Below, piece by piece: positions 25,523-36,818 of a stretch of 64,000 nucleotides of DNA; position 1 is the stretch's first letter; each line of letters starts with the position of its first letter. The stretch is taken from assembly GCA_017627595.1 (NCBI GenBank), contig JAGAGL010000018.1, forward strand, positions 3,935 to 67,934, in the 5' to 3' direction. The position numbers were made by a program, and so were the translations under genes. This stretch comes from Oribacterium sp. (GTDB lineage: Bacteria; Bacillota; Clostridia; Lachnospirales; Lachnospiraceae). The notes beneath the pieces are model-generated. The model was not told the DNA's origin, did no database searches, and saw nothing but the letters and a program-made list of their open reading frames with translations.

Positions 25523-27540
25523 CTGTCTGCCTCCTTTCCGGAAGCATCGTTTTTATTCGATTTAACCGATTCATTATATCGTTTCCATAGATCAATGATA
25601 CAGTCCGCCATTTCTGACACAGTATCCGGACGATCTTCAAAGCGAATGCCTACGTCCTTTAAATCATGAATAAGATATGTCATCTGCGGAGCGCCCAGTC
25701 CCATGCCTTCCAGTTCCTTATATCTCTTGAATATTTCCTCCGGCGTTCCCGCCATTTTAAGCTCACCATGATCCAGAACGATAACCTGGTCTGTGTATCT
25801 CGCCACGTCATCCATGGAGTGTGAAACCAGAATGATAGTCATGCCCACCTTATCATGAAGCTCCCTTATCTGCTTGAAAAGATCATCTCTTCCGGCAGGG
25901 TCGAGTCCCGCAGTAGGCTCATCCAGAATCAGAACTTCCGGATGCATAGCCAGGACTCCCGCTATGGCAACTCTTCTCTTCTGACCGCCGCTCAGTTCAA
26001 ATGGCGATTTTTTCCAGAATTTGCTGTCAAGCCCCACCATCTTAAGGGCTTCTTCCGCTCTCTTTCTGGCTTCATCCTCACTGAGCCCCTGATTTTTCGG
26101 TCCAAACATTACGTCAGTTATAACATCAACCTCAAAAAGCTGATACTCGGGGTACTGGAAAACCAGTCCAATCTTGAATCTGAGCTGCTTCATGTTGAAG
26201 TTGGTGTCATAAATATTGATAAATCCTGTACCCTGACCTGATTCATTCGAGTCATTGAGGGAGGTTCCCTTTAAGGTGTCGGCATTAGCCCCATCCTTTT
26301 TCTCTTCATTGCCGGATTTTTCGGGGTTGTTTTTCACATTGGAAACAGGCTCGGAGCCTTTATATACGTTTTTAGAATTATTGCCGGTTTTTATGAGGTC
26401 AGCATTGTCCCTGAAGTTTACCTCTATCACGCCCTCTGTGGCCTTTAACAGCCCGTTGAGATGCTGTGTTAATGTTGACTTGCCGGAACCTGTGTGGCCG
26501 ATAAAACCAACTATGGAACCCCGCTGAACATCGAAGGACACATCCTTAAGGGCATAGCTCTCCATGGCCGTCCCCTTTTGATATACATGATCCAGGTGAC
26601 GGACTCTGATTACAGGGTCTGTTATATCTATATGAAGGGGCTTACGTTTTACGAAGTTTGGCTCAAAATCCACCTGCTTCGGCAGGCACTTCTGAAGGCA
26701 GCTGACAAGCTCTTTTCCGGTAAGGACCGAATCAGGTACCGGCATTCCGGCCTTCTGTAATTTCCAGGCAAGCTCGGTGACCTCCGGCACATCCATGCGG
26801 ATAGCCTTAAGCTCTTCAACATTCTTGAACACCTCTTTTGGGGTGCCGTCCATTACGATTTTGCCCTGGTCCATGACGATGATTCTGTCTGCATCCACCG
26901 TTTCTTCCATATAGTGGGTGATCAGTATGATTGTCACTCCCTGAGTTTTGTTGAGCTCTTTTATGGTTCTGATTACTTCCGCACGTCCTGTGGGGTCCAA
27001 CATGGCTGTGGGCTCATCAAGCACTATGGTTTTCGGGATCATTGCCATAGTTCCGGCTATTGCCACTCTTTGCTTCTGCCCGCCGCTGAGTCTGTTGGGT
27101 GATTTCATTCTGTAGGCTGTCATTCCCACTGCCTCAAGGGCAGTATTTACCCTTTTCCAGATTTCCTCTGTGGGAATTCCGATGTTTTCAGGTCCGAAAC
27201 CTACGTCCTCTTCCACCACCGAGGCAATGATCTGGTTATCGGGATTCTGGAAAACCATTCCGGTCTCTTTTCTGATATCCCAAAGCTCCTGTTCATTTCT
27301 TGTATCTTTAGAGCTGACTAAAAGTGTACCCTCAGACGGCAGATTCAGTCCATTGATGAGTTTTGCCAATGTTGACTTGCCTGAACCGTTGTGGCCCAGA
27401 ACACACACAAAATCTCCTTCATCAATGGAAACATTAACCCCGTCAAGGGCTCTGGTACTTTCCACAACCTTATCATTTTCATCGGTTCGTATGTAGTTAT
27501 AAACCAGATTGATCGCTTCAATGATTTTCAATTTATTCAC
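25519..27540 (-). CDS. ecfA: Fused ECF ATPase EcfA1-EcfA2
   Basis: Two ABC domains (GHNGSGKS/FQNPDNQ/LSGGQ and GHTGSGKS/FQYPEYQ/LSGGQ). Confidence 0.92.
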   Translation of the reverse strand: MNKLKIIEAINLVYNYIRTDENDKVVESTRALDGVNVSIDEGDFVCVLGHNGSGKSTLAKLINGLNLPSEGTLLVSSKDTRNEQELWDIRKETGMVFQNPDNQIIASVVEEDVGFGPENIGIPTEEIWKRVNTALEAVGMTAYRMKSPNRLSGGQKQRVAIAGTMAMIPKTIVLDEPTAMLDPTGRAEVIRTIKELNKTQGVTIILITHYMEETVDADRIIVMDQGKIVMDGTPKEVFKNVEELKAIRMDVPEVTELAWKLQKAGMPVPDSVLTGKELVSCLQKCLPKQVDFEPNFVKRKPLHIDITDPVIRVRHLDHVYQKGTAMESYALKDVSFDVQRGSIVGFIGHTGSGKSTLTQHLNGLLKATEGVIEVNFRDNADLIKTGNNSKNVYKGSEPVSNVKNNPEKSGNEEKKDGANADTLKGTSLNDSNESGQGTGFINIYDTNFNMKQLRFKIGLVFQYPEYQLFEVDVITDVMFGPKNQGLSEDEARKRAEEALKMVGLDSKFWKKSPFELSGGQKRRVAIAGVLAMHPEVLILDEPTAGLDPAGRDDLFKQIRELHDKVGMTIILVSHSMDDVARYTDQVIVLDHGELKMAGTPEEIFKRYKELEGMGLGAPQMTYLIHDLKDVGIRFEDRPDTVSEMADCIIDLWKRYNESVKSNKNDASGKEADR

Positions 27541-27670
27541 CCAGACTTATTGACTGATAGCAGTCAACCATTTCAAAAAATATAGTTTTCAGCGTGTTTA
27601 GTATATTAAAAATAGGCATAAAATACAATGGCAGACCGTAAATGGCCTGCCATTAATACATTAATATAAA

Positions 27671-29233
27671 TTAGTGAATCCAATGTCCGTCGTCGGCTAA
27701 CTGGTAGCTTCCAAGTACAGTGGTGCCTCTTGCCATCTGGCCGTAGTCATTGTCACTTGCACTCTTCTGAGGATAGAAATAATAGTACTGCTCATTTTCA
27801 TATCCGTCCTTGATCATAACCCAGCCTGTTACCATCCTGCCTTCTGCATCAAAGAAATAGCTCTTTTCACCGATGGTTACCAGGTTGTTTCTGTACATAA
27901 GACCATAGTTCTCTCCGGTCTGAGGATTGAAGTAGTACCAGGCATTGTTTATCTTAACCCATCCGGTCTTCATGTCTCCGTTTGGTGAAAGGTAATAGGT
28001 CCTGTAGTCATCTTTGTTGTAGAAGCCTGTGACCATCCTGCCTTCAGAATCAAATCTGTAGTAGGCATTTTTCCAGATGAGCCAATCATTAGCAACCAGA
28101 GTGCCCTGAGAGGTCTTGAAATACCAGTTATTTCCTTGTTTGTACCAGGAGCCTGTGGTATAAGTACTGCCTGAAGAATTGTACGTATTTACAGCATTAT
28201 TTACCACTTCTGTGCTGTGTCCCGGTAATGTCGTCATCTGGCCTGTTGATGAGTTATAAACTGTAAATACGGCACCGGAATTGTTATAATCATAATTTCC
28301 GTTCTGGACAGAAGTTGACAGATTACCAATGTTGGTGCTGTATCCTGCCACACCGGTAGTTGCATTGACATAATTTGAACCGGTATTTGAATTTAATATA
28401 TAAGTTGAATTCGGATACTGGCCTGTTCCGTCAGATACCTGCTCCTGTGAGATGTTAAGGAATTCCGAAGCAATCTTTTCAGACTCTTTTCCGCTTGAAA
28501 GTTGAGCGTTAGTATAAGGAACCGTAGCCACTTCAAAGTAATATGCTGCAACTCTTGTCATATAAGGATACAGATTTATACTGGTCTGATCCGTTATAAT
28601 AGAGGTTACTTTTGTACTGTCCCTATATACATTAACTCTATAATATCCCGAAGATATAGAAGGAGGTGTCCAGGTTGCTTTACCCAATACATAGGAACTC
28701 CAAACCGGAGCTGTTGGTGCATCATAAGTTCCTTTTATACCGTTAAGGGAGATTATAACTCTCAAACCGTAGTTTCCTTCGAGTCTTGCCGAAACAAATG
28801 ATCCGCCGGTTATATGTACATTAGAGCTGTCATAGGTTCCACTGAAATAATAATATGTGTAATTATCATTGTTACGTTCTTTTTCGTTTGCAGTGAGATA
28901 TATTTCAACATAAGGAGTCATGGAAACACCATAGCCACTGTCCCCGTACCAGGCAACATTATCAATATCATACTCTCCATTATCCGGTACCGTAAAATCA
29001 TTCTCCGATATTGAGGGTAATCCTGAGGAAGAAGTATCATATTCACTATGTCTGAGATAATCTTCAACTTTTATTCTGACACTCGTAATTCTGACATTAC
29101 GATCCTTTGCCGATATCAAAAAAGCAAAATTCATGATAAATATGGTTGCGATCAAAACAGCACACAAACTTTTCTTTACCATACTTTTATATTTCATACC
29201 CACTCCACTCATTTCGGGAATAGTCCCCTCCAA
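27671..29233 (-). CDS. Secreted protein with C-terminal cell-wall-binding repeats
   Basis: Signal-like N-terminus; repeated GW..I...WYYF...G.M units. Confidence 0.8.
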   Translation of the reverse strand: MEGTIPEMSGVGMKYKSMVKKSLCAVLIATIFIMNFAFLISAKDRNVRITSVRIKVEDYLRHSEYDTSSSGLPSISENDFTVPDNGEYDIDNVAWYGDSGYGVSMTPYVEIYLTANEKERNNDNYTYYYFSGTYDSSNVHITGGSFVSARLEGNYGLRVIISLNGIKGTYDAPTAPVWSSYVLGKATWTPPSISSGYYRVNVYRDSTKVTSIITDQTSINLYPYMTRVAAYYFEVATVPYTNAQLSSGKESEKIASEFLNISQEQVSDGTGQYPNSTYILNSNTGSNYVNATTGVAGYSTNIGNLSTSVQNGNYDYNNSGAVFTVYNSSTGQMTTLPGHSTEVVNNAVNTYNSSGSTYTTGSWYKQGNNWYFKTSQGTLVANDWLIWKNAYYRFDSEGRMVTGFYNKDDYRTYYLSPNGDMKTGWVKINNAWYYFNPQTGENYGLMYRNNLVTIGEKSYFFDAEGRMVTGWVMIKDGYENEQYYYFYPQKSASDNDYGQMARGTTVLGSYQLADDGHWIH

Positions 29234-29328
29234 AAAAATATAGAATTCTACGCATTAAGTATACCATTTATAATTAAATATACTTATTACGTTTATATAA
29301 CAATCAAGAAGCTTATTTTCACACAATA

Positions 29329-29370
29329 CCATCAGGGACGGTTCCCGCAGGACAGAACTGTCCCCGATGG
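29329..29370. repeat. REP-like palindrome
   Basis: CCATCAGGGACGGTTC ... GAACTGTCCCCGATGG. Confidence 0.55.
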
Positions 29371-29382
29371 ACAATAAAGTAC

Positions 29383-29415
29383 AAAAAAAGAATCGTCAGA
29401 AGACGATTCTTTTTT
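29383..29415. terminator. Terminator after rplQ
   Basis: AAAAAAGAATCGTC-agaa-GACGATTCTTTTTT. Confidence 0.85.
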
Positions 29416-29442
29416 ATATCAATTATTATTTAATCTGAAAGA

Positions 29443-29979
29443 TTATACCAGCTCAATGAGAACTTCCATAGCTGCGTCACCCTTTCTGAGACCAACCTTA
29501 ACGATACGTGTATAACCACCGTTACGTGTAGCATACTTTGCACCGTACTCGTCTAAAAGCTTTGCAGCAAGATCAACCTTCTTTGTGTTCTTCTTCTGTC
29601 CTGCCTTCTCCTTAGGTACCTCAGTTACAGGGTAAAGGTATGCAAGGATCTGACGACGAGCAGCAAGTCTTGAAGGCTTATCCTTCTTGATTGTCTTCTC
29701 TACTTCGTCATAAACTGTAACCTTCTTACCGTCAACAACCTCCTTAACGCGCTTTCCGTCAGCATCCTTACGAGCAACCTTAGCCTTAACAGTAACTTCC
29801 TCGAAGTTGTCCTTCTCCTTTACTGCAAGAGCGATAAGCTTCTCAGCCTGCTTACGTACTTCCTTGGCACGTGCCTCTGTTGTAAAAATTCTTCCATTGT
29901 GGAAAAGAGATGTTGTAAGAGCACGAAGCATAGCCTGTCTCTGTCTTGACTCTCTTCCTAACTTTCTGTACTTTGCCAT
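29443..29979 (-). CDS. rplQ: 50S ribosomal protein L17
   Basis: RKLGR, TTEARAKE, RNGGYTRI, GDAA. Confidence 0.98.
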   Translation of the reverse strand: MAKYRKLGRESRQRQAMLRALTTSLFHNGRIFTTEARAKEVRKQAEKLIALAVKEKDNFEEVTVKAKVARKDADGKRVKEVVDGKKVTVYDEVEKTIKKDKPSRLAARRQILAYLYPVTEVPKEKAGQKKNTKKVDLAAKLLDEYGAKYATRNGGYTRIVKVGLRKGDAAMEVLIELV

Positions 29980-30070
29980 TTTATATTTCCTCCACCGTGC
30001 TTTTTAGTCTTACCGGTAAATTCATCTCAGCATCTGTGGCCTTTCACAGAGCTCATACAATAAGAGAAGA

Positions 30071-31024
30071 TTACTCTTCTCTTATTGTAAGGCTAAGATT
30101 TAATTCCTTAAGTTTTTGTAATACTTCCTCAAGAGACTTACGACCAAGGTTTCTAACCTTCATCATATCCTCAGGAGTCTTTGAGCAAAGCTCCTGAACA
30201 GTATTGATTCCTGCTCTCTTAAGGCAGTTATAGGAACGAACTGAAAGCTCAAGTTCGTCAATATTCATCTCGAGCACTTTTTCCTTCTCATCGTCAGGCT
30301 TCTCAACCATAACCTCAGCTGTCTGAGCATCCTGAGAAAGCTCTACGAAGAATGATAAATGCTCTGAAAGGAACTTAGCTGCATCAGATACAGCATCGTC
30401 CGGACTCATTGTTCCGTTGGTAAATACGTCAAGTGTAAGCTTGTCGTAATCGGTCATATTGCCGACACGGGTATTGTTGATTGACATATTTACACGCTCA
30501 ACAGGTGTATAGATAGCATCAACATCGATCACTCCAGTTGGAAGATCATTTGTCTTCGTTCTATCGGCACCTACATAGCCTCTGCCCGAAGTAACTGTGA
30601 TTTCCATCTCAAAATTCGCAGTACCATCTGTGGTTGCAATCTTCTGATCCGGATTGAGAATCTCGATATCTTCTGTAAGCTGTATGTCAGATGCAGTAGC
30701 TACACCTTCACCATCAAAGTTAAGATATAAGATCTTCGGGTCATCGGAGGACGATGTGTTCTTAATTTCAAGACTCTTAAGGTTCATGATAACCTCAGTC
30801 AGGGTATCCTTGACACCTGGAATAGTATCACTTTCCTTATCGGCACCAATGATTTTAACCTGAGATACCGCAGTACCAGGTAATGCAGAAAGCATAATTC
30901 GTTTCAAAGCATTGCCCAGAGTTGTTCCGTAACCTCTTTCCAAAGGTTCGCAAACAAATCTGCCGTACTTCTTATCATCTGAAATCTCAACAATCTCAAT
31001 GTTTGGTTTCTCAAAATCGAACAT
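30071..31024 (-). CDS. rpoA: RNA polymerase alpha subunit (divergent N-terminal motif)
   Basis: [35 protein letters not shown]; position between rpsD and rplQ. Confidence 0.97.
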   Translation of the reverse strand: MFDFEKPNIEIVEISDDKKYGRFVCEPLERGYGTTLGNALKRIMLSALPGTAVSQVKIIGADKESDTIPGVKDTLTEVIMNLKSLEIKNTSSSDDPKILYLNFDGEGVATASDIQLTEDIEILNPDQKIATTDGTANFEMEITVTSGRGYVGADRTKTNDLPTGVIDVDAIYTPVERVNMSINNTRVGNMTDYDKLTLDVFTNGTMSPDDAVSDAAKFLSEHLSFFVELSQDAQTAEVMVEKPDDEKEKVLEMNIDELELSVRSYNCLKRAGINTVQELCSKTPEDMMKVRNLGRKSLEEVLQKLKELNLSLTIREE

Positions 31025-31050
31025 GCAATGCCTCCTTTATTGCAGGCTAA

Positions 31051-31644
31051 TTATTTTGAATACAACTCGACGATAAGCATCTCGTTTACAGGAACATCGA
31101 TTTCCTCTCTTGAAGGAAGCTGCTTTACAGTAGCCTTAAGATTTTCCTGATCAGCATCAAGCCAAGCCGGTACTAAACGACCGTTTGTAACCTCAAGGAT
31201 ATCCTTGAATCTCTGAAGAGACTTCTTGTTCTCCTTAACAGCTACAACATCGCCGGCTGATACAAGGTATGAAGGTATATTTACAACCTTGCCGTTAACA
31301 GTGATAAGTCTGTGTCCAACAACCTGACGTGCCTCACGACGAGTACGTGCAAGACCCATTCTGAAGATTACGTTATCAAGACGAGACTCAAGAAGAACCA
31401 TAAGGTTTGTACCTGTCTGTCCCTTCATCTTGTTTGCCTTAGCATAGTAATTTCTGAAAGGCTTCTCAAGAACGCCGTAGATGAACTTAGCCTTCTGCTT
31501 CTCACGGAGCTGAGTGCCATACTCTGACATCTTACGACGAGCATTTCTAAGCTGTCTGTTAGACTTCTTATCAATTCCTAAAAATACAGGGTCAAGTCCA
31601 AGTGACCTGCATCTTTTAAGTACGGGAGTTTTATCAACTGCCAT
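31051..31644 (-). CDS. rpsD: 30S ribosomal protein S4
   Basis: QLREKQK, LESRLDN, IVELYSK. Confidence 0.99.
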   Translation of the reverse strand: MAVDKTPVLKRCRSLGLDPVFLGIDKKSNRQLRNARRKMSEYGTQLREKQKAKFIYGVLEKPFRNYYAKANKMKGQTGTNLMVLLESRLDNVIFRMGLARTRREARQVVGHRLITVNGKVVNIPSYLVSAGDVVAVKENKKSLQRFKDILEVTNGRLVPAWLDADQENLKATVKQLPSREEIDVPVNEMLIVELYSK

Positions 31645-31788
31645 AATTCTTTCTCCTTATTAATATCATCTAAAATCAAGTGATACGTCCTTTACATCCG
31701 TAGACTTCTTCGGACAGATCTGCCGCTATTTTATACATACTGCGGCCTATGTCTTTAAAGTTTTGCCTTAAGCTAATCCAAAAAAAGA

Positions 31789-32178
31789 TTATACTCTTCT
31801 GCGCTTTGGTGGACGGCATCCGTTGTGTGGAACCGGTGTTACATCCTTGATAGATGTTACCTCAAGACCATTAGCCTGAAGTGCACGAATAGCTGCCTCA
31901 CGTCCTGATCCTGGTCCCTTTACGCTAACATCCACATACTTTAAGCCGTGTACTAAAGCTGCCTTAACAGCAGTTTCAGCAGCCATCTGAGCTGCATATG
32001 GAGTAGATTTTCTTGAACCTTTGAATCCAAGACCACCGGCACTTGCCCATGAAAGAGCGTTACCTTCTGCATCTGTCAGTGTAACGATAGTGTTGTTGAA
32101 AGATGCCTGAATATGTGCCTGTCCGCGTTCAACGTTTTTCTTTACGCGCTTCTTTGTTACTCTCTTACCTGAAGCCAT
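31789..32178 (-). CDS. rpsK: 30S ribosomal protein S11
   Basis: [21 protein letters not shown]. Confidence 0.99.
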   Translation of the reverse strand: MASGKRVTKKRVKKNVERGQAHIQASFNNTIVTLTDAEGNALSWASAGGLGFKGSRKSTPYAAQMAAETAVKAALVHGLKYVDVSVKGPGSGREAAIRALQANGLEVTSIKDVTPVPHNGCRPPKRRRV

Positions 32179-32313
32179 ATTAAAACTAACCTACTTTCCT
32201 TTACTAGTCTTCCTGTATTTAAAACATGAAGATCACAATAGTTACTTCTGATTTTCATCAGATTTGGATCATTTCTGATCCGGACTTGTTTTTACCTACA
32301 AGCTGAAGCAAAA

Positions 32314-32682
32314 TTACTTCTTCTTGTTAGCTACAGTCTTACGTGGTCCCTTACGTGTTCTGGCATTGGTCTTTGTCTTCTGACCTCTAACCGGAAGTCC
32401 CTTTCTGTGACGGATTCCGCGGAAGCAGCCAATCTCCTGAAGTCTCTTGATGTCAAGAGCAACTGCTCTTCTGAGATCACCTTCCACTGTCTGGTTCTCT
32501 GCAATATAGTTTGCGAGTACCTTTACTTCGTCGTCAGTGAGATCCTTAACACGTGTGTCAGGGTTAACGCCTGTTGCCTTGAGAATCTTATCAGCTGAAG
32601 ACTGTCCGATACCATAAATATATGTCAGACCAATCTCAATACGCTTCTCTCTAGGTAAATCGACACCTGCAATACGAGCCAT
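32314..32682 (-). CDS. rpsM: 30S ribosomal protein S13
   Basis: [25 protein letters not shown]. Confidence 0.99.
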   Translation of the reverse strand: MARIAGVDLPREKRIEIGLTYIYGIGQSSADKILKATGVNPDTRVKDLTDDEVKVLANYIAENQTVEGDLRRAVALDIKRLQEIGCFRGIRHRKGLPVRGQKTKTNARTRKGPRKTVANKKK

Positions 32683-32703
32683 TTTTGTTTCCTCCTGTTA
32701 AAA

Positions 32704-32817
32704 TTAACCTTGTCTCTGCTTGTGCTTAGGGTTTTCGCAGATAATTCTGATAGAGCCTTTACGCTTAATGACTTTGCATTTCTCGCAGATAGGCTTTACT
32801 GATGATCTTACCTTCAT
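32704..32817 (-). CDS. rpmJ: 50S ribosomal protein L36
   Basis: Manual translation [37 protein letters not shown]. Confidence 0.98.
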   Translation of the reverse strand: MKVRSSVKPICEKCKVIKRKGSIRIICENPKHKQRQG

Positions 32818-32863
32818 AGTAATTCCCCTTTCTAATAACGAATTCGAACAAAGTTGCCGTATT

Positions 32864-32892
32864 ATTCTAACAAAAGCCTCTTTAATTGTAAA
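32864..32892 (-). promoter_or_regulatory. Internal sigma-A promoter before rpmJ
   Basis: TTTACA-N17-TAGAAT with extended TG. Confidence 0.6.
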
Positions 32893-32932
32893 GTGCTTTT
32901 TTAATTTAATTGTAAGAATTACTTATACGGCT

Positions 32933-33151
32933 TTATTTGTCTCTCCAGATGATCCTGCCCTTTGAAAGGTCATATGGTGATAACTCAATTGTTACCTTGT
33001 CACCCGGAAGAATTCTAATGTAATTCATACGAAGCTTTCCGGAAATGTGTGCAAGTACCTGATGACCATTCTCAAGTTCTACCTGGAACATTGCATTCGG
33101 AAGTTTTTCAATTACTTTACCAGTAATCTCAATTACATCTGATTTTGACAT
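32933..33151 (-). CDS. infA: Translation initiation factor IF-1
   Basis: [23 protein letters not shown]. Confidence 0.99.
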   Translation of the reverse strand: MSKSDVIEITGKVIEKLPNAMFQVELENGHQVLAHISGKLRMNYIRILPGDKVTIELSPYDLSKGRIIWRDK

Positions 33152-33189
33152 TCAGTTCTCCTCTTCATTATTTAATAATTTTCTTCTTA

Positions 33190-33942
33190 TCAATTAACCA
33201 GACTTAGGATCTCAGGTCCATTCTCTGTAATAAGAATCGTATTTTCATAGTGGCATGAAAGGCTTCCGTCATCCGGAATAACCGACCAGCCATTCGGGCC
33301 TGTATGCACTTCCGGTGAACCCAGTGTGATCATGGGCTCTACTGCAAGTACCATACCTGCACATAACTTTGGTCCTTTTCTATGGAGATCATAGTTTGGA
33401 ACCTCGGGATCCATATGTATCTCACTTCCGATGCCGTGTCCACAATAATCTGTTATGACTCCGCACCCCTGTGATTCAACGTAATTCCCGATGGTGGAAC
33501 AGATATCATTTAAATGATTTCCTACCACCGCCTGCTCTGCACCCTTCCAGAATGCATCGTAGCAGACCTTCATAATTTTCTTCGCATCATCGGAAACATT
33601 GCCCACTGCCCAGGTTCTGGTTGCATCTGAATTGTAACCGTGAAAACTTGTGCAGGTATCAATGGAAACAATATCGCCTTCTTTGAGAATGCGGCGTCTG
33701 TCCGGAATGCCGTGAATTACTTCTTCATTTACGGAAATGCAGCAGCATCCGGGGAAATCATACAGACCCTTCATGCTTGGGAAACCTCCAAGCTTACGCA
33801 TGATCTTTTCTGCATACTCATCAAGCTCTCCGGTGCTTATACCGGGCTTAATCTTCTCTCCGACTCTGTTGTGCATTTCGCCGAGAATCTTTCCGGCTTC
33901 TCTCATCAATTCTATTTCTCGTTTTGATTTGATTTCTATCAT
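33190..33942 (-). CDS. map: Methionine aminopeptidase type I
   Basis: SVNEEVIHGIP, GHGIG, EPM, HYENT. Confidence 0.97.
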   Translation of the reverse strand: MIEIKSKREIELMREAGKILGEMHNRVGEKIKPGISTGELDEYAEKIMRKLGGFPSMKGLYDFPGCCCISVNEEVIHGIPDRRRILKEGDIVSIDTCTSFHGYNSDATRTWAVGNVSDDAKKIMKVCYDAFWKGAEQAVVGNHLNDICSTIGNYVESQGCGVITDYCGHGIGSEIHMDPEVPNYDLHRKGPKLCAGMVLAVEPMITLGSPEVHTGPNGWSVIPDDGSLSCHYENTILITENGPEILSLVN

Positions 33943-33993
33943 TTAATACTTCTTTCCGACTCAAACTTAGAAACTTATGATCTATCAAAAACA

Positions 33994-34641
33994 TTATTTG
34001 TTCTCAAGAACCTTAACTACATCGTTAAATACTTCCTGAAGCTCTTTGGTACCGTCAACCTCACAGAAAACGCCTTCATTCTTATAATAAGAAATAAGTG
34101 GCTCAGTCTGCTTGTGGTAAACATTTAAACGATCCTGAACAGTCTCAGGTTTATCATCTGAACGGATGATAAGTTCGCTTCCGCACTTATCGCAAATGTT
34201 TTCCTTCTGAGGAGCTGCATATACGATATGATAGGTTGCACCGCATTTAGGGCAGGCTCTTCTTCCTGACATACGTGTAAGAATTGCTTCATCAGGTACA
34301 TTTATATCCAGAGCAAAATCGATCTTGTCTCCCTTATCGGCAAGTGCCTTTGTAAGACTTTCTGCCTGAGGGATGGTACGTGGGAAGCCATCAAGTACAT
34401 AGCCATCCTTGCAATCATCCTCGGCAATTCTGTCTAAAAGCATACCGATAGTAACTTCGTCAGGAACCAGCTGTCCCTTGTCCATATATGACTTAGCTTT
34501 CATACCGAGTTCAGTTCCGCCTTTAATATTGGCTCTGAAAATGTCTCCGGTTGAAATATGAGGAATGCCAAACTTATCTGCGATTTTAATTGCCTGTGTG
34601 CCTTTGCCCGCACCGGGCGCTCCTAACATAACGATCTTCAT
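33994..34641 (-). CDS. adk: Adenylate kinase
   Basis: [16 protein letters not shown], Zn-type lid. Confidence 0.98.
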   Translation of the reverse strand: MKIVMLGAPGAGKGTQAIKIADKFGIPHISTGDIFRANIKGGTELGMKAKSYMDKGQLVPDEVTIGMLLDRIAEDDCKDGYVLDGFPRTIPQAESLTKALADKGDKIDFALDINVPDEAILTRMSGRRACPKCGATYHIVYAAPQKENICDKCGSELIIRSDDKPETVQDRLNVYHKQTEPLISYYKNEGVFCEVDGTKELQEVFNDVVKVLENK

Positions 34642-34820
34642 ATGAGGCCTCCATATAATGTTTTTCAATTTATACATGTTAACGTAAATGTCTTCAAATA
34701 CGTTCATTGTATAACGAGTAAACGCATTTTAGTTCAATGAGATCAACATTTAATGGCGTTTACGAGTATAAACACTTTTAGCCTCCCCGGAAAATAGTCC
34801 TGAGGAGGCTTTTGTTATGA

Positions 34821-36161
34821 TCAGTCGTTTAAAAATCCCTTGTAATTTCTTACAACCATCTGTGATTCAATAGCCTTAAGTGTCTCAAGCACAACTCCGA
34901 TTATGATGATAAGCGAAGTACCCGCAAAAGATATACGACCCACATTGAATACTCCCGAAACAAAGATCGGAACTATTGCAACGATTGCAAGGCCGGTTGC
35001 ACCGATAAAAATGATATATTTAAGAATATTATCAAGATAATCGCTGGTAGGCTTACCCGGACGAATACCCGGAATAAATCCACCCTGCTTCTTCATGTTA
35101 TTTGCCACTTCCAAAGGATTGAAAGAAATGGAAGTGTAGAAATAAGCGAAGAAATACAGAAGTGCAATATAAACTATCAAACCAATGCTGTAGATAGGCG
35201 CATCAGGATTACACCATGAACCGGAATTAAGTCCCATAAGGATCTTGCCCCATACTGTGCCGTAATCTACCTTCAGAACCTGTCCGATAACAACAGGCAT
35301 GGTCATAAGTGAACTTGCAAAGATAACCGGCATAACGCTGGCCGTATTTACCTTAAGAGGAATTGATGAAGACTGGCCTCCTACAAGACCTCTGCCCTGT
35401 ACTCTACGGCTGTACTGAACCGGAATCTTACGTTCAGCATCAGTCAAAACGACTGTAAAAGCTACAAGAGCAATGATGCATGCAGCAATAATGATAGCTG
35501 CTACAACCATTGTCGCAACATTTTTCCCCTGTATGAATCTGACATACAAAGTCTGAAAATCAGTAGGAATAGATGAAAGGATATTAAAAAGAAGAACCAG
35601 TGAAATACCGTTACCGATTCCCTTATCAGTTATCTGTTCACCAATCCACATGAGAAGTGCAGATCCTGTTGTCATTGTAATTACCGCAATAGCAACATCT
35701 GCAATCTTTCTCATCATGCTCGCATCAGCGTAACCGATGAGAAGCCCCTGTCCACCGAATCCTACGGCCATCGCAGTTGACTCAATAAGAGCAAGTCCGA
35801 TAGTCACATATCTTGTGTACTCAGTGAGCTTCTTTCTTCCCTCTTCACCATCCTTCTGTAACTCTTCAAGTGCAGGAATTGCAACTGTGAGGAGCTGGAT
35901 GATGATGGATGAAGTAATATACGGTGTGATTGACAATGCGAAGACCGACAGCTGCTCGAAAGAGCCACCGGTCATCGTATTAAACCAACCAAATGCATCA
36001 TTATCAGCCATGCTTTTGAAAAGCTCGGCAAAATATCCTGAGTTTACACCCGGAATAGGAAGATTCGATCCAAACCTAATTACTACGAGCATAAGGAAAA
36101 CGAATAAAAGTCTATCTCTTAAATCCTTTACCTTAAATGCATTTAGTATTGATTTGAACAT
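34821..36161 (-). CDS. secY: Preprotein translocase SecY
   Basis: PYITSSII, GIGNGISL, IPGIRPG. Confidence 0.99.
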   Translation of the reverse strand: MFKSILNAFKVKDLRDRLLFVFLMLVVIRFGSNLPIPGVNSGYFAELFKSMADNDAFGWFNTMTGGSFEQLSVFALSITPYITSSIIIQLLTVAIPALEELQKDGEEGRKKLTEYTRYVTIGLALIESTAMAVGFGGQGLLIGYADASMMRKIADVAIAVITMTTGSALLMWIGEQITDKGIGNGISLVLLFNILSSIPTDFQTLYVRFIQGKNVATMVVAAIIIAACIIALVAFTVVLTDAERKIPVQYSRRVQGRGLVGGQSSSIPLKVNTASVMPVIFASSLMTMPVVIGQVLKVDYGTVWGKILMGLNSGSWCNPDAPIYSIGLIVYIALLYFFAYFYTSISFNPLEVANNMKKQGGFIPGIRPGKPTSDYLDNILKYIIFIGATGLAIVAIVPIFVSGVFNVGRISFAGTSLIIIIGVVLETLKAIESQMVVRNYKGFLND

Positions 36162-36604
36162 TAGATTACCTCACAGGTTCCGCCTAAAGCTTCGATCTTT
36201 TCCTTTGCTGATGCAGAGAAAGCTGTTAACTTAACATTGAGCTTCTTTGTAAGTTCACCATTTCCAAGAACCTTAACACCATCGTTAATCTTCTTGATGA
36301 TTCCCTTGTTAAGAAGAGCCTCAATTGTAACTTCCTCACCATCGTTGAACTTTGTCTCAAGAACAGAAAGGTTGATTCCTGTGATAACCTTAGAGTTAGG
36401 ATCCTTGAATCCTCTCTTAGGAATACGTCTGAATAAAGGCATCTGACCACCTTCGAATCCTGGTCTTGGTGCTCCTGATCTTGCCTTCTGACCCTTATGG
36501 CCCTTACCGGCTGTCTTGCCATTTCCTGAACCATGGCCACGGCCACGTCTGAAGTTCTTTGACTGCTTAGCGCCGTCAGCCGGCTTTAAATTAGCTAACT
36601 CCAT
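36161..36604 (-). CDS. rplO: 50S ribosomal protein L15
   Basis: [15 protein letters not shown]. Confidence 0.99.
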   Translation of the reverse strand: MELANLKPADGAKQSKNFRRGRGHGSGNGKTAGKGHKGQKARSGAPRPGFEGGQMPLFRRIPKRGFKDPNSKVITGINLSVLETKFNDGEEVTIEALLNKGIIKKINDGVKVLGNGELTKKLNVKLTAFSASAKEKIEALGGTCEVI

Positions 36605-36615
36605 TGTATGCCTCC

Positions 36616-36801
36616 TTAGATTTCTTCAACTTTTACAAGATGGTTAACTCTCTGAATCATACCTCTTGTAGCGCCATTGTCCTGAAGCTCTACTGTCTGA
36701 CGAATCTTACGAAGACCAAGAGCCTGAACGGTTGCTCTCTGCTTAGGGATAGCACCGATTGGAGACTTTACAAGTGTAATCTTTAACTTCTTATCTGCCA
36801 T
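36616..36801 (-). CDS. rpmD: 50S ribosomal protein L30
   Basis: [15 protein letters not shown]. Confidence 0.97.
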   Translation of the reverse strand: MADKKLKITLVKSPIGAIPKQRATVQALGLRKIRQTVELQDNGATRGMIQRVNHLVKVEEI

Positions 36802-36818
36802 TACTTTACCCTCCCTGA

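Noticed and set aside
29443-29979. Long internal insertion in L17
   Set aside because: As far as I recall typical of Lachnospiraceae L17; not treated as novel
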